57,572 bases of DNA from assembly GCA_964429935.1 (NCBI GenBank), contig CAYSED010000005.1, forward strand, positions 1-57,572, written 5' to 3'. Position numbers and translations under genes: made by a program. This document shows positions 19,033-26,931 of this stretch, piece after piece; positions within the stretch are counted from its first letter, which is position 1; every line of letters starts with the position of its first letter. This stretch comes from an uncultured Hyphomonadaceae bacterium. Lineage in GTDB: Bacteria > Pseudomonadota > Alphaproteobacteria > Caulobacterales > Hyphomonadaceae. The notes beneath the pieces are model-generated. The model did no database searches. It worked only from the letters and a program-made list of their open reading frames with translations, and was not told the origin of the DNA.

Positions 19033-19069
19033 AAAAAAGTGCCCCCGTCTGGTAGCGCAGAACGGGGGC
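19033..19069 (-). terminator. Intrinsic terminator-like hairpin for a leftward transcript
   Basis: GCCCCCGT (19041-19048) pairs with ACGGGGGC (19062-19069) across a 13-nt loop. Read on the minus strand it is followed by AC plus TTTTTT (19038-19033). Confidence 0.45.
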
Positions 19070-19095
19070 GTGACCACTCGCAGTTGGAGATTAGA

Positions 19096-19197
19096 ATGAT
19101 CGGTATCGTTCTAGCGAGAAAGCTTTTTTCATTCAATAGCCTCTCTCAGCGATCATTCCTTGTGACGATTCGATTAGCTTGCGACGTCCGGGAATGA
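19096..19197 (+). CDS. Candidate 33-codon upstream ORF translationally coupled to the ABC exporter
   Basis: GGAGA (19086-19090) lies 5 nt before the ATG. The peptide is MIGIVLARKLFSFNSLSQRSFLVTIRLACDVRE. Its TGA overlaps the exporter ATG (ATGA at 19194-19197). Confidence 0.25.
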   Translation: MIGIVLARKLFSFNSLSQRSFLVTIRLACDVRE

Positions 19198-21410
19198 GTC
19201 TGTCAATTCTGAACCTAACCGGCTTTCGCCGCCTGCCATTGCTGCGGCAGGCCGAAGCGGCGGAATGTGGCCTGGCCTGCGTCGGCATGTTGGCAGGCTT
19301 TCACGGCCACCAGACCGATCTGGCCAGCCTGCGCCGTGATTTCCCGATTTCGCTCAAGGGCGCGACACTGAGGGACGTGATCGAGATAGCGGCCCAGATG
19401 AAGCTTGGCGCGCGGGCTCTCAGGTGCGAGGTCGAGGAGCTGCGCGAGCTCAGGCTGCCGGCGATCCTGCATTGGGACATGAGCCATTTTGTGGTCTTGA
19501 AGCAGGTGACCCGGGACCGGGTCGTGCTTCATGATCCTGCGCGCGGCAGGGTTGATGTACCCCTGAGCGAGATCGGCGAGCACTTCACCGGCGTTGCACT
19601 GGAACTTGCACCCGCCTCCGGTTTCCAGAAGAAATCCGAGCGCAAGCTGATCAAGCTGACCAGCCTTGTGAAGATTGACAGCGCAGGCTGGAAAGCTGTC
19701 GCCCAGGGACTGGCACTGTCGCTGTTCCTGCAGGTCTTCGTCCTCCTCAGCCCCTACTACATGCAGCTCGTCATAGACGAGGCAATCCTCAAGGGCGACC
19801 TTTCGCTTCTCACGGCCGTGGCCGTCGGATTTGCTGGTCTCAAGCTGTTTGAGGCGATCACGACCGTTCTGCGCGGGCTCGTGTTTCAGTTCCTGTCTAA
19901 CATTGTCGCGTTCGACATGGAGGCCAGCCTCTTCCATCATCTGACGCGTCTGCCACTGTCTTACTTTCACAGGCGTCACATCGGCGACATCCAGCAGCGC
20001 TTCCAGTCGCTCGGACCCATCCGCGATCTTGTCGTCAACGGTGCGATTGCCGCCCTGATCGATGGCGTCCTTGCGGTATTTGTCGGCGCGATCCTTTTTG
20101 CCTATGACGCGCTGCTCGGCACGGTCGTCGTCGGTGTCATCATCTTCTACGGCATCTTGCGCTTTGCATTCCTCGAACTGTCCAAACGCCTGTCGGGCGA
20201 TCTTCTCGTCGCTGATGCCAAGGAGAATACCAAGTTCCTCGAAACCCTGCGGGCGATGCAGACGGTCAAGGTTGCAGGCATCGAGTCCGAACGCGAAATA
20301 CTCTGGCGCAATCTCGCGGCCCGGACGCTGAACGCCAATATCCGGATCGGCAATGTCAATATCGGCTATGGCGCGATCAGCCAGACGCTGATGGGACTGT
20401 CGAATATCGCCATTGTCTACCTCGCTGCCCAGGCAGCCATACAAGGCAACATGACAATCGGCATGATCACGGCGTTCATGGCCTACAAGGGCCAGTTCGA
20501 AGGCAAGCTGATGGCCCTCCTCGAACAATATGTGCAGCTCAAGCTACTCGACGTGCATCTGGCCCGCGTGGCCGACATTGCGCTCGCCGAGCCTGAAAAA
20601 GGCCTGGCAACACCTGCCATCGGCCGCGACTTTCGGGGCGAGGTCGAGCTGCGGCAGGTCATGTTTCGCTATGCGCCGTTCGAGCCCATGATCCTCAAGG
20701 GGGCGAACCTGAAGATCGAACCGGGCGAGTTCGTTGCCCTTGCCGCTCCGTCAGGCGAGGGCAAATCGACGCTGCTTCGCCTGATCCTCGGCCTTTATGA
20801 GCCGGTCAGCGGCCAGATCCTTTATGACGGACTGCCCGCGACGACCTGGGGCCTTGGCGCTCTGCGCCGCCAGATGGGCGTCGTCATGCAGGACGATACG
20901 CTTCTGGCCGGTTCGATCGAGGAGAACATATCCCTGTTCGATGACAAGCCGGACAATGAGCGCATCCGGTGGGCGGCCAAACTGGCTGCAATCCATGACG
21001 ATATCGAACAGATGCCCATGGCCTATCGCTCGCTGGTCGGCGACATGGGCACAAGCCTTTCCGGGGGCCAGCAGCAGCGCGTCATGCTCGCCAGGGCGCT
21101 TTACCGGAAGCCGAAGCTGCTTGTGATGGACGAGGGGACGAGCCAGCTCGACATTGAGACCGAGAAGCGGATCAATGCAGCGCTGAAGGATCTGGATATC
21201 ACGCGAATCGCTGCGGCTCATCGGCCTGACACGCTCGCGGCAGCGGACCGGATTGTACATGTGCGAGGCGGTCAACTTGGAGAGGTTCGGCCAAAGCCTG
21301 TTGCTCAAGGGGCAGTTCCAGCCCTGCTATCAACAAGTTTGACGGCGTCAAAAGCAAGAGGACGACTTCTCGCACCGATTGACACAGATATTTTTGACAC
21401 CGAGGATTGA
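19194..21410 (+). CDS. Bacteriocin-type ABC exporter with N-terminal C39 cysteine peptidase domain (CvaB/CdzA-like)
   Basis: The C39 catalytic Cys lies in AAECGLACVGM and the His in HFVVLKQV. There are six TM segments, Walker A APSGEGKST, signature LSGGQQQRVMLARAL and Walker B LLVMDEGTSQLD. Start at ATG 19194; the track uses TTG 19179. Confidence 0.9.
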   Translation: MSLSILNLTGFRRLPLLRQAEAAECGLACVGMLAGFHGHQTDLASLRRDFPISLKGATLRDVIEIAAQMKLGARALRCEVEELRELRLPAILHWDMSHFVVLKQVTRDRVVLHDPARGRVDVPLSEIGEHFTGVALELAPASGFQKKSERKLIKLTSLVKIDSAGWKAVAQGLALSLFLQVFVLLSPYYMQLVIDEAILKGDLSLLTAVAVGFAGLKLFEAITTVLRGLVFQFLSNIVAFDMEASLFHHLTRLPLSYFHRRHIGDIQQRFQSLGPIRDLVVNGAIAALIDGVLAVFVGAILFAYDALLGTVVVGVIIFYGILRFAFLELSKRLSGDLLVADAKENTKFLETLRAMQTVKVAGIESEREILWRNLAARTLNANIRIGNVNIGYGAISQTLMGLSNIAIVYLAAQAAIQGNMTIGMITAFMAYKGQFEGKLMALLEQYVQLKLLDVHLARVADIALAEPEKGLATPAIGRDFRGEVELRQVMFRYAPFEPMILKGANLKIEPGEFVALAAPSGEGKSTLLRLILGLYEPVSGQILYDGLPATTWGLGALRRQMGVVMQDDTLLAGSIEENISLFDDKPDNERIRWAAKLAAIHDDIEQMPMAYRSLVGDMGTSLSGGQQQRVMLARALYRKPKLLVMDEGTSQLDIETEKRINAALKDLDITRIAAAHRPDTLAAADRIVHVRGGQLGEVRPKPVAQGAVPALLSTSLTASKARGRLLAPIDTDIFDTED

Positions 21411-21554
21411 CCCGCTCGATCCGCTGTCCTTAACATCACGTCATGGCTGAAGAGTTTAGTCATCACGCAGGTTTGGGCATTCCAGTTCTTATTGGTCAGG
21501 CGCGTAGTGGCGCATCCTATAAATTGCGTGCAACTCGCAGAACGGAGACTAACA

Positions 21555-22430
21555 ATGCGGGAGCTAAAGGCATTTGAACTTGTGCAGGTAGGTGGCGGAT
21601 TTGATCCATTTACTGGGGAACGAATTTTAGACTCTGTTTTTGCTACGCTGAGAGGGGAAGGTGGAGGTGGGGCCAACGGTTTTTCGGGATTTGGGTTTGG
21701 AGCATTTGGACTTGGAGGCGCAAGTAGTCCGCTCGATAACCAGCCCGATGATGGCACGGGTTTTTCCCTGATCGAGATCGACGACGAAACCTACGTCGAC
21801 ACGCAACAAGGTCTTTCTGACGTCCAATTGATAGAGCTCGATTCCGCATTATCGAACCTACCTTCGGATGTGGTTGATGCAGCTTTGGCTTGGACGCAGG
21901 CCTTGAGTGCGTATGTCGAGAGTCTCGCAATACGAGCTGGACAGATGGGAGGGACGGCTGCTCAGTATGCAGAGGGCTTAGGCGGACTGGCAAAGGGCTT
22001 GGGAGCCCTTGCTGTTGCGCTTGAGGGGTACTCCATCTATCAATCCATGCAAGCAAATGGCGCTACTCCTGAAAACGTTTCGGCCGCGATTGGGCTGATC
22101 GCGGGCGTTGCTGCGGGTTGGGCCACTGGCGCCGCTGTTGGAGGAGTTTTTGGGGGGCCCGCTGGAGCACTTGTAGGCGCGTTCGTTGGGGCAGTTGTTG
22201 GTGCCGTTGGTCCTCTCGTATACGAGACAGTGTCGCAAAATGTTTCCGATTTCACGGCCTTCAACGAGGAGTTCAATAATTTCTTCGATCCGAATAGCGA
22301 CGGGGATGTTGATCTGGACCGAGTCCTTTCGCTCTTCACCGATACATCTACGTTCAATGATGGCAATCCGAACAACAATCCTGGTGGCGGTTGGGAAGAG
22401 CCAGATACGGGATTCTATTCGGAGCCATAG
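21555..22430 (+). CDS. Double-glycine-leader secreted protein (bacteriocin-like, glycine-zipper), 291 aa
   Basis: GGAGA lies 6 nt upstream of ATG 21555. The leader MRELKAFELVQVGGG fits the GG-leader consensus. The mature part contains the Gly-rich run GEGGGGANGFSGFGFGAFGLGG, the hydrophobic zipper IGLIAGVAAGWATGAAVGGVFGGPAGALVGAFVGAVVGAVG and an acidic Asn/Asp tail. Confidence 0.7.
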   Translation: MRELKAFELVQVGGGFDPFTGERILDSVFATLRGEGGGGANGFSGFGFGAFGLGGASSPLDNQPDDGTGFSLIEIDDETYVDTQQGLSDVQLIELDSALSNLPSDVVDAALAWTQALSAYVESLAIRAGQMGGTAAQYAEGLGGLAKGLGALAVALEGYSIYQSMQANGATPENVSAAIGLIAGVAAGWATGAAVGGVFGGPAGALVGAFVGAVVGAVGPLVYETVSQNVSDFTAFNEEFNNFFDPNSDGDVDLDRVLSLFTDTSTFNDGNPNNNPGGGWEEPDTGFYSEP

Positions 22431-22450
22431 TATTTTATAGCGAACACCTC

Positions 22451-22476
22451 AGGTGCGCTACGAAAGTGGCGCACCT
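22451..22476. terminator. Hairpin between convergent genes (possible bidirectional terminator)
   Basis: AGGTGCGC (22451-22458) pairs with GCGCACCT (22469-22476), followed by TCTTC. It lies between the bacteriocin-like gene and the minus-strand operon. Confidence 0.45.
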
Positions 22477-22514
22477 TCTTCGCTCTCAAGAACTACGAAA
22501 TTTAGCTTAAGCTC

Positions 22515-22805
22515 TTATTCTTCATGGCCTGATGCGACGAGCTGCTCAAGGCTTAAGCCGACTAAAATGATCGAAACCAGTGCCACGGCGAATGCGGATG
22601 CTAAGATCGGCTGATTTTGAAAACGAAGCATTGGAATGAAAGCAATAACCGAAAATCCAAATATTAAAGCAGCAAACCTTTCAAGCGGCTGCCTGTAAGT
22701 TATCCGATTTTTGCATGACGGACAATTAAATACAGCGCCGTGGCGACGTTTAATTTTGCCACCTAGAGGCATAGCCCAACTACACTTTGGACATTTTGCG
22801 ACCAT
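22515..22805 (-). CDS. Small zinc-ribbon protein with two C-terminal TM helices (candidate immunity/accessory protein)
   Basis: 96 aa with CPKC...17 aa...CPSC, then FAALIFGFSVIAFIPML and ILASAFAVALVSIILVGLSL. It is the last gene of the HlyD operon. Confidence 0.55.
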   Translation of the reverse strand: MVAKCPKCSWAMPLGGKIKRRHGAVFNCPSCKNRITYRQPLERFAALIFGFSVIAFIPMLRFQNQPILASAFAVALVSIILVGLSLEQLVASGHEE

Positions 22806-22855
22806 TTTGGATGCTCCTGATAAATATTGGGACTAAACGCATAAATTTACACCTT

Positions 22856-24796
22856 TTAAGGTGTGGCGCATTCAATTAAATCAGTTATCGAAGTTGCGCG
22901 TTGCGGATAGTTAATAGTAGTGTGGCCCTGTTCTGGAATTACTTGAATTCTTGTACAATCGCGTTTTTCCAATGTCTCAAAGAAGTCTTCTACAAAGTCA
23001 CTGCGGATCAATTCGTCCCTCTCTCCCGCAAAAATCCAAATCGGCGTTTCTCGAGCTTTTCTTTGTACTGACCTGAGACTCGGTTCAATCATTGAATTGG
23101 CTGGCGCCCTGATCTTGGGTTCTCGGGAGCCCTGATCGATCTCACAGTGCTCCTCTGCATAGGCCAACATCGTAAGCCGGTTCGACGCCTCATTGGGTGA
23201 TCGATAAAAGCGGTTTCTGCTGCGTTGATCTGCAGTTCGTTCTTGAAGCATGTGGCAGACGGAAAGCAATGGTGCATCAAGTGCTACAAAGGAGATTTCT
23301 TTGTCCGTAGCTGCCAGACTAGCTGCAACGGCAAAGCCGCCAAAACTGCCCCCGCTTAGGCCTATGGGTTTGTCGGGTAGAAGTTCATGAGCAAGCTCAA
23401 TAAATTCAGATGTCTCAGCGCTTAAGTCTTCGAATGAAAAGTTGTAGATTCGTCGCGTATGCTCTCCACCGTACCGTGTTGAGCCGCTAATTTCCGGCAT
23501 GATGACGCGATAATTTTTCTCAAGCCATGGTGCTACAAGTTGTTCATCGGTCCTGGATGCGGAGGCGGCGGGGCCACCATGAAAATGGATGAGAGTTCCT
23601 TCAACCTCACCTGGCGGCTCGAATATCCAATAGGGAGTTTCACCTGCGGACGTCCTGAGCGTGGCCCAGCTCCGTGGCGCACGGTTTATTTCAGCATTGT
23701 CGTAAAGATGATGAAGTTGAAGCTCGCCGTCGCGCCAGACCAGTAAGGCGTTTTTCCCTGCCGTGGTTTCAAGCAAACCAATTGCGAAATCGTCACTCAC
23801 ATCGACATGCACGTCCTGCAAAATGACAGCATTGTCAGGCAACTCTGCTCGTAGCTTGTTAATTAGCCTTTCTGTCATTGGGGATGTATCCAGGACATCA
23901 AATGGTGGCAGTACATTTATAGAACCACCGAACTCTACGCCTGGTAGTGAAATCATGGACCGATGCGATGTCGCGAGGTCGGACAGCTTTTTCACTGAGG
24001 TCACGATGCCTGTGTCCTGTTTCGAGAATTCGAGCAGATATCGGATCGAATTGTCAGCTTGAGCGACTGCAAAACCCGACGAACCAGCTGAGACATGTGT
24101 CTCTGTTCGGAGGGCCGCAATTGAAGCTCCAAGGGGAAAGGTTTCAATTCCTGAAGCCTCTTCGGTATGTACGTTGAGGTCGAACTGATCAGAGCTGGAC
24201 GGTGAGATCCAAGCTATTACTTGAGCATTTGACGCCCAAGACCGAAATACCGTGCTTAAGGCTGGAATCGGAGGACCCGGCGAGTTGGTATCGATGTTCC
24301 AACCAGCAAGCTGGCGGGGCGGTTGGCCTTCAAGATACTGGTCCACATGTATAGGTATATAGGCGTAGTTGCGGTCGATGCTAAACACACCGGCGGCAGT
24401 TGTTGATCGGTAGGACTTATCTGCCGACTCAGTCCATAAGCCGACCCGCTCTATGGTCCCGGTCTGTACGTCGATACGAAAGACCTCCCGGCTATTCGAA
24501 TAGGCGAGCAATTCGTCCTCGTGAATGAACCCCTGCAAAAGAATTCTGTCTGGGAGCGGGATTTCATGGATGACCTTAGCGGCTCGATCAATAAGTAGAA
24601 TGCCATCGCTGAACTCTAGCGCAAACATATTGCCTGACGGCGATGCGACGAGTTGTTCGATATTCGTGAAGTCGTTCGTCTCGATTGAGCGGCCTGTCAG
24701 AGGCATCGTCGAGCCGGGGCCCTTCTCGCATGCTCCGGTAACAGCAATCAGACTTAAGATTATGCTGTATCTGAGAGCACATTTTACGACAAACAT
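22856..24796 (-). CDS. Lipoprotein with N-terminal beta-propeller-like region and C-terminal S9 (prolyl oligopeptidase-type) alpha/beta-hydrolase domain
   Basis: Signal/lipobox SLIAVTGAC, nucleophile elbow GLSGGSFGGF, acid IFAGERDELI and His IPEQGHTT, in the order Ser-Asp-His. Confidence 0.75.
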   Translation of the reverse strand: MFVVKCALRYSIILSLIAVTGACEKGPGSTMPLTGRSIETNDFTNIEQLVASPSGNMFALEFSDGILLIDRAAKVIHEIPLPDRILLQGFIHEDELLAYSNSREVFRIDVQTGTIERVGLWTESADKSYRSTTAAGVFSIDRNYAYIPIHVDQYLEGQPPRQLAGWNIDTNSPGPPIPALSTVFRSWASNAQVIAWISPSSSDQFDLNVHTEEASGIETFPLGASIAALRTETHVSAGSSGFAVAQADNSIRYLLEFSKQDTGIVTSVKKLSDLATSHRSMISLPGVEFGGSINVLPPFDVLDTSPMTERLINKLRAELPDNAVILQDVHVDVSDDFAIGLLETTAGKNALLVWRDGELQLHHLYDNAEINRAPRSWATLRTSAGETPYWIFEPPGEVEGTLIHFHGGPAASASRTDEQLVAPWLEKNYRVIMPEISGSTRYGGEHTRRIYNFSFEDLSAETSEFIELAHELLPDKPIGLSGGSFGGFAVAASLAATDKEISFVALDAPLLSVCHMLQERTADQRSRNRFYRSPNEASNRLTMLAYAEEHCEIDQGSREPKIRAPANSMIEPSLRSVQRKARETPIWIFAGERDELIRSDFVEDFFETLEKRDCTRIQVIPEQGHTTINYPQRATSITDLIECATP

Positions 24797-24832
24797 CCTA
24801 GAACCTATTGGACTTGATACGGTGCGCGCGAC

Positions 24833-26077
24833 TTAGCGCAGTGAAAGCAACGGCTCCAGGAGCCACTCGACGAGTTTTCGATCCTCAAGCACGATATCGG
24901 CAGAAAGCTCCATTCCAGACTGAAGGGCGATGTCTTGGCCAAAGGCGCGAACCGACTGGGCGGCGAGTGCTACCTCCACCTTGTACACAGGTTCCGGGTT
25001 TTGCGACAAAATACCCAGTTCTTGCGGGAACAGAGTCGTCTCCGATACGCGGGCAACATATCCTTCAGCTACGCCAAATTTCTGATAGGGCAGTGCGTCG
25101 TATAGGAGCTTTACTGGCTTTCCTAGCTCGACAAAGGCTATGGCGCGCGAGGGCACATGCAACTCAGCAATAAGCTCTGCACCAGGGGGCCCGATCGCAA
25201 GTAGCGGGATCGTTGGGTCGGCACGCTCTCCGACACGAGCTTGAAGCGCCGTTACCTTTCCACTCATCGGGGCTGTAACAAGGTGCATTGCACTCGCCTC
25301 AGTTTGGCGCATCTGAGAATCGAGCTGAGCCAGCCTTTGGCCGATATCAGCTTGATCGCGGTTCAAGTCGGAACGAATTCTGCGCTTCTCGATCACTAGG
25401 CGGCTTTGCGCTGCTTCGGCGGCACTGATCTGAGCTTCAAGCTGCAAGCGGGACTGGTCGAGTACCGCGACATCGTCGGTACGCTGCATATGCTCGGCGG
25501 CTGTGATTAACCCTTCATCCAAAAACCGCTCAGTATCAGTCGCACGGTGGCGAGCTGTCTGAAGGCGCTGAACGAGCACAGCAAGCTGCGCTCTGCCCTC
25601 AGATTCCTGTCGCGCGGCATCTGCAACTCTCTGGGCAAGATCATCCTCGGCAATTTGCGCCGCAGCCCTAAGCTCGCTTAGTCGGTCATTAAGCAGAGTC
25701 TGTTCAAGTGACAAGGCCGACAAAGCATTGTCGCTCAGGCTGTCTCCATCATCCAAAATCCGGTCACTTGCGATAGTTGCTAGCGGTGTGCCGGCTTCAA
25801 CAATGGCTCCGTCGGCGATGAGGACTTGCTTCACGATACCGGACTCAACGGCGTAAACCCGTGCCTCTGAGCCGTCCGGCCGTAGCTTGCCGCGTACGGT
25901 TTCTTTGCGGGCGAAGTTCGCGGTGAACAGGAATACGAGGAGCGCAGCGATGAACAGTCCGATCAACCAGGTGATGCGTGACCAAGCCGGAGGAACGACG
26001 CCGGTAGGGCGTCCGTAAAGCTCGTTGCTAGCCGTATGCGCCTCCAGAACCTCTTCCCTGAATAGTCCGTCAGCCAT
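24833..26077 (-). CDS. HlyD-family membrane fusion protein (CvaA/CdzB-like T1SS adaptor)
   Basis: N-terminal TM ITWLIGLFIAALLVFLF, lipoyl-like GIVKQVLIADGAIVEAGTPLATI, a long coiled coil and C-terminal VKLLYDALPYQKFGVAEGYV. Start at ATG 26077 (MADGLFREE) with AGGAA upstream. Confidence 0.85.
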   Translation of the reverse strand: MADGLFREEVLEAHTASNELYGRPTGVVPPAWSRITWLIGLFIAALLVFLFTANFARKETVRGKLRPDGSEARVYAVESGIVKQVLIADGAIVEAGTPLATIASDRILDDGDSLSDNALSALSLEQTLLNDRLSELRAAAQIAEDDLAQRVADAARQESEGRAQLAVLVQRLQTARHRATDTERFLDEGLITAAEHMQRTDDVAVLDQSRLQLEAQISAAEAAQSRLVIEKRRIRSDLNRDQADIGQRLAQLDSQMRQTEASAMHLVTAPMSGKVTALQARVGERADPTIPLLAIGPPGAELIAELHVPSRAIAFVELGKPVKLLYDALPYQKFGVAEGYVARVSETTLFPQELGILSQNPEPVYKVEVALAAQSVRAFGQDIALQSGMELSADIVLEDRKLVEWLLEPLLSLR

Positions 26078-26478
26078 CGTTGCTTTATTCCTGTCATCAA
26101 CTTTTATTAGATAGCCCATAGAAGGCTGCAAAGTAAATTCTTTCAATTTCGGATCGGACAGTACCGCCATCTAAGCGATCCTCACGAGCGCATGAAGGCA
26201 TGACAGGAAGGTCGGGTTTAGTGAGGGCAAGATTAAAGGGTTGGCACCCTCGGCCCCTTAACCCCTTGTCTGCACATCGCTTTTTTGGTGCCCTGTGCAC
26301 AGGCATGTGGCGTACGGGTATTGGGAGGTTCCCCGGTGCCGCTGGGTGGCGCGTACGCCAGGGTTTGCAAGGCCTTGCGCGGGCTTGCAAGATGTTGCGG
26401 GGAATACCGCATAAACCAACTGGTCCGTACCCGCCCGGCGATGCAGTCTGGGAGCCTCGATCAGGAGGCCCAACCCAA

Positions 26479-26862
26479 GTGAAACCCCGCGTCCATCTCC
26501 GGCTCGATCCTGCCCTGCTCGGCCAGCTTGAGCGCACCGCGCGCCAGGGCAAGACGACGAAGACCGCCCTGCTGGAAGCGGCGCTCCGGCTCTATTTCGA
26601 CCCGGCCCGCAACCTGCCTCTGGAGGAGCGCCTGTTCCGGCGGCTCGAATGGCGGGGCAACCTTCAGGTTGAGGCGCTGATGCAGTTTGTCCTTTACTGG
26701 CTCACCCATACCGAAACCCTGATCGAGGGCGACCGCGACTTTGCCCATGCGCGCGGGCGGCGGCGCATGGACTATTTCATCGACCAGGTGGCAAGCCGGC
26801 TCGGCAACCGGCGCACGCTGGCGCAGGAATCCTGGCGCTGGGAAGGGCCAAAGCTCGAATAG
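26479..26862 (+). CDS. Ribbon-helix-helix (CopG-like) protein
   Basis: GTG 26479 follows AGGAGG (26463-26468). VKPRVHLRLDPALLGQLERTARQGKTTKTALLEAALRLYF has the beta-alpha-alpha pattern of RHH regulators. Confidence 0.5.
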   Translation: MKPRVHLRLDPALLGQLERTARQGKTTKTALLEAALRLYFDPARNLPLEERLFRRLEWRGNLQVEALMQFVLYWLTHTETLIEGDRDFAHARGRRRMDYFIDQVASRLGNRRTLAQESWRWEGPKLE

Positions 26863-26931
26863 GCAGGCCTTGCGAGCAATTGCACGCAAACCGACTGGGC
26901 GGGGCTGCCGTCCTCTGGGACACTCTTGCGC

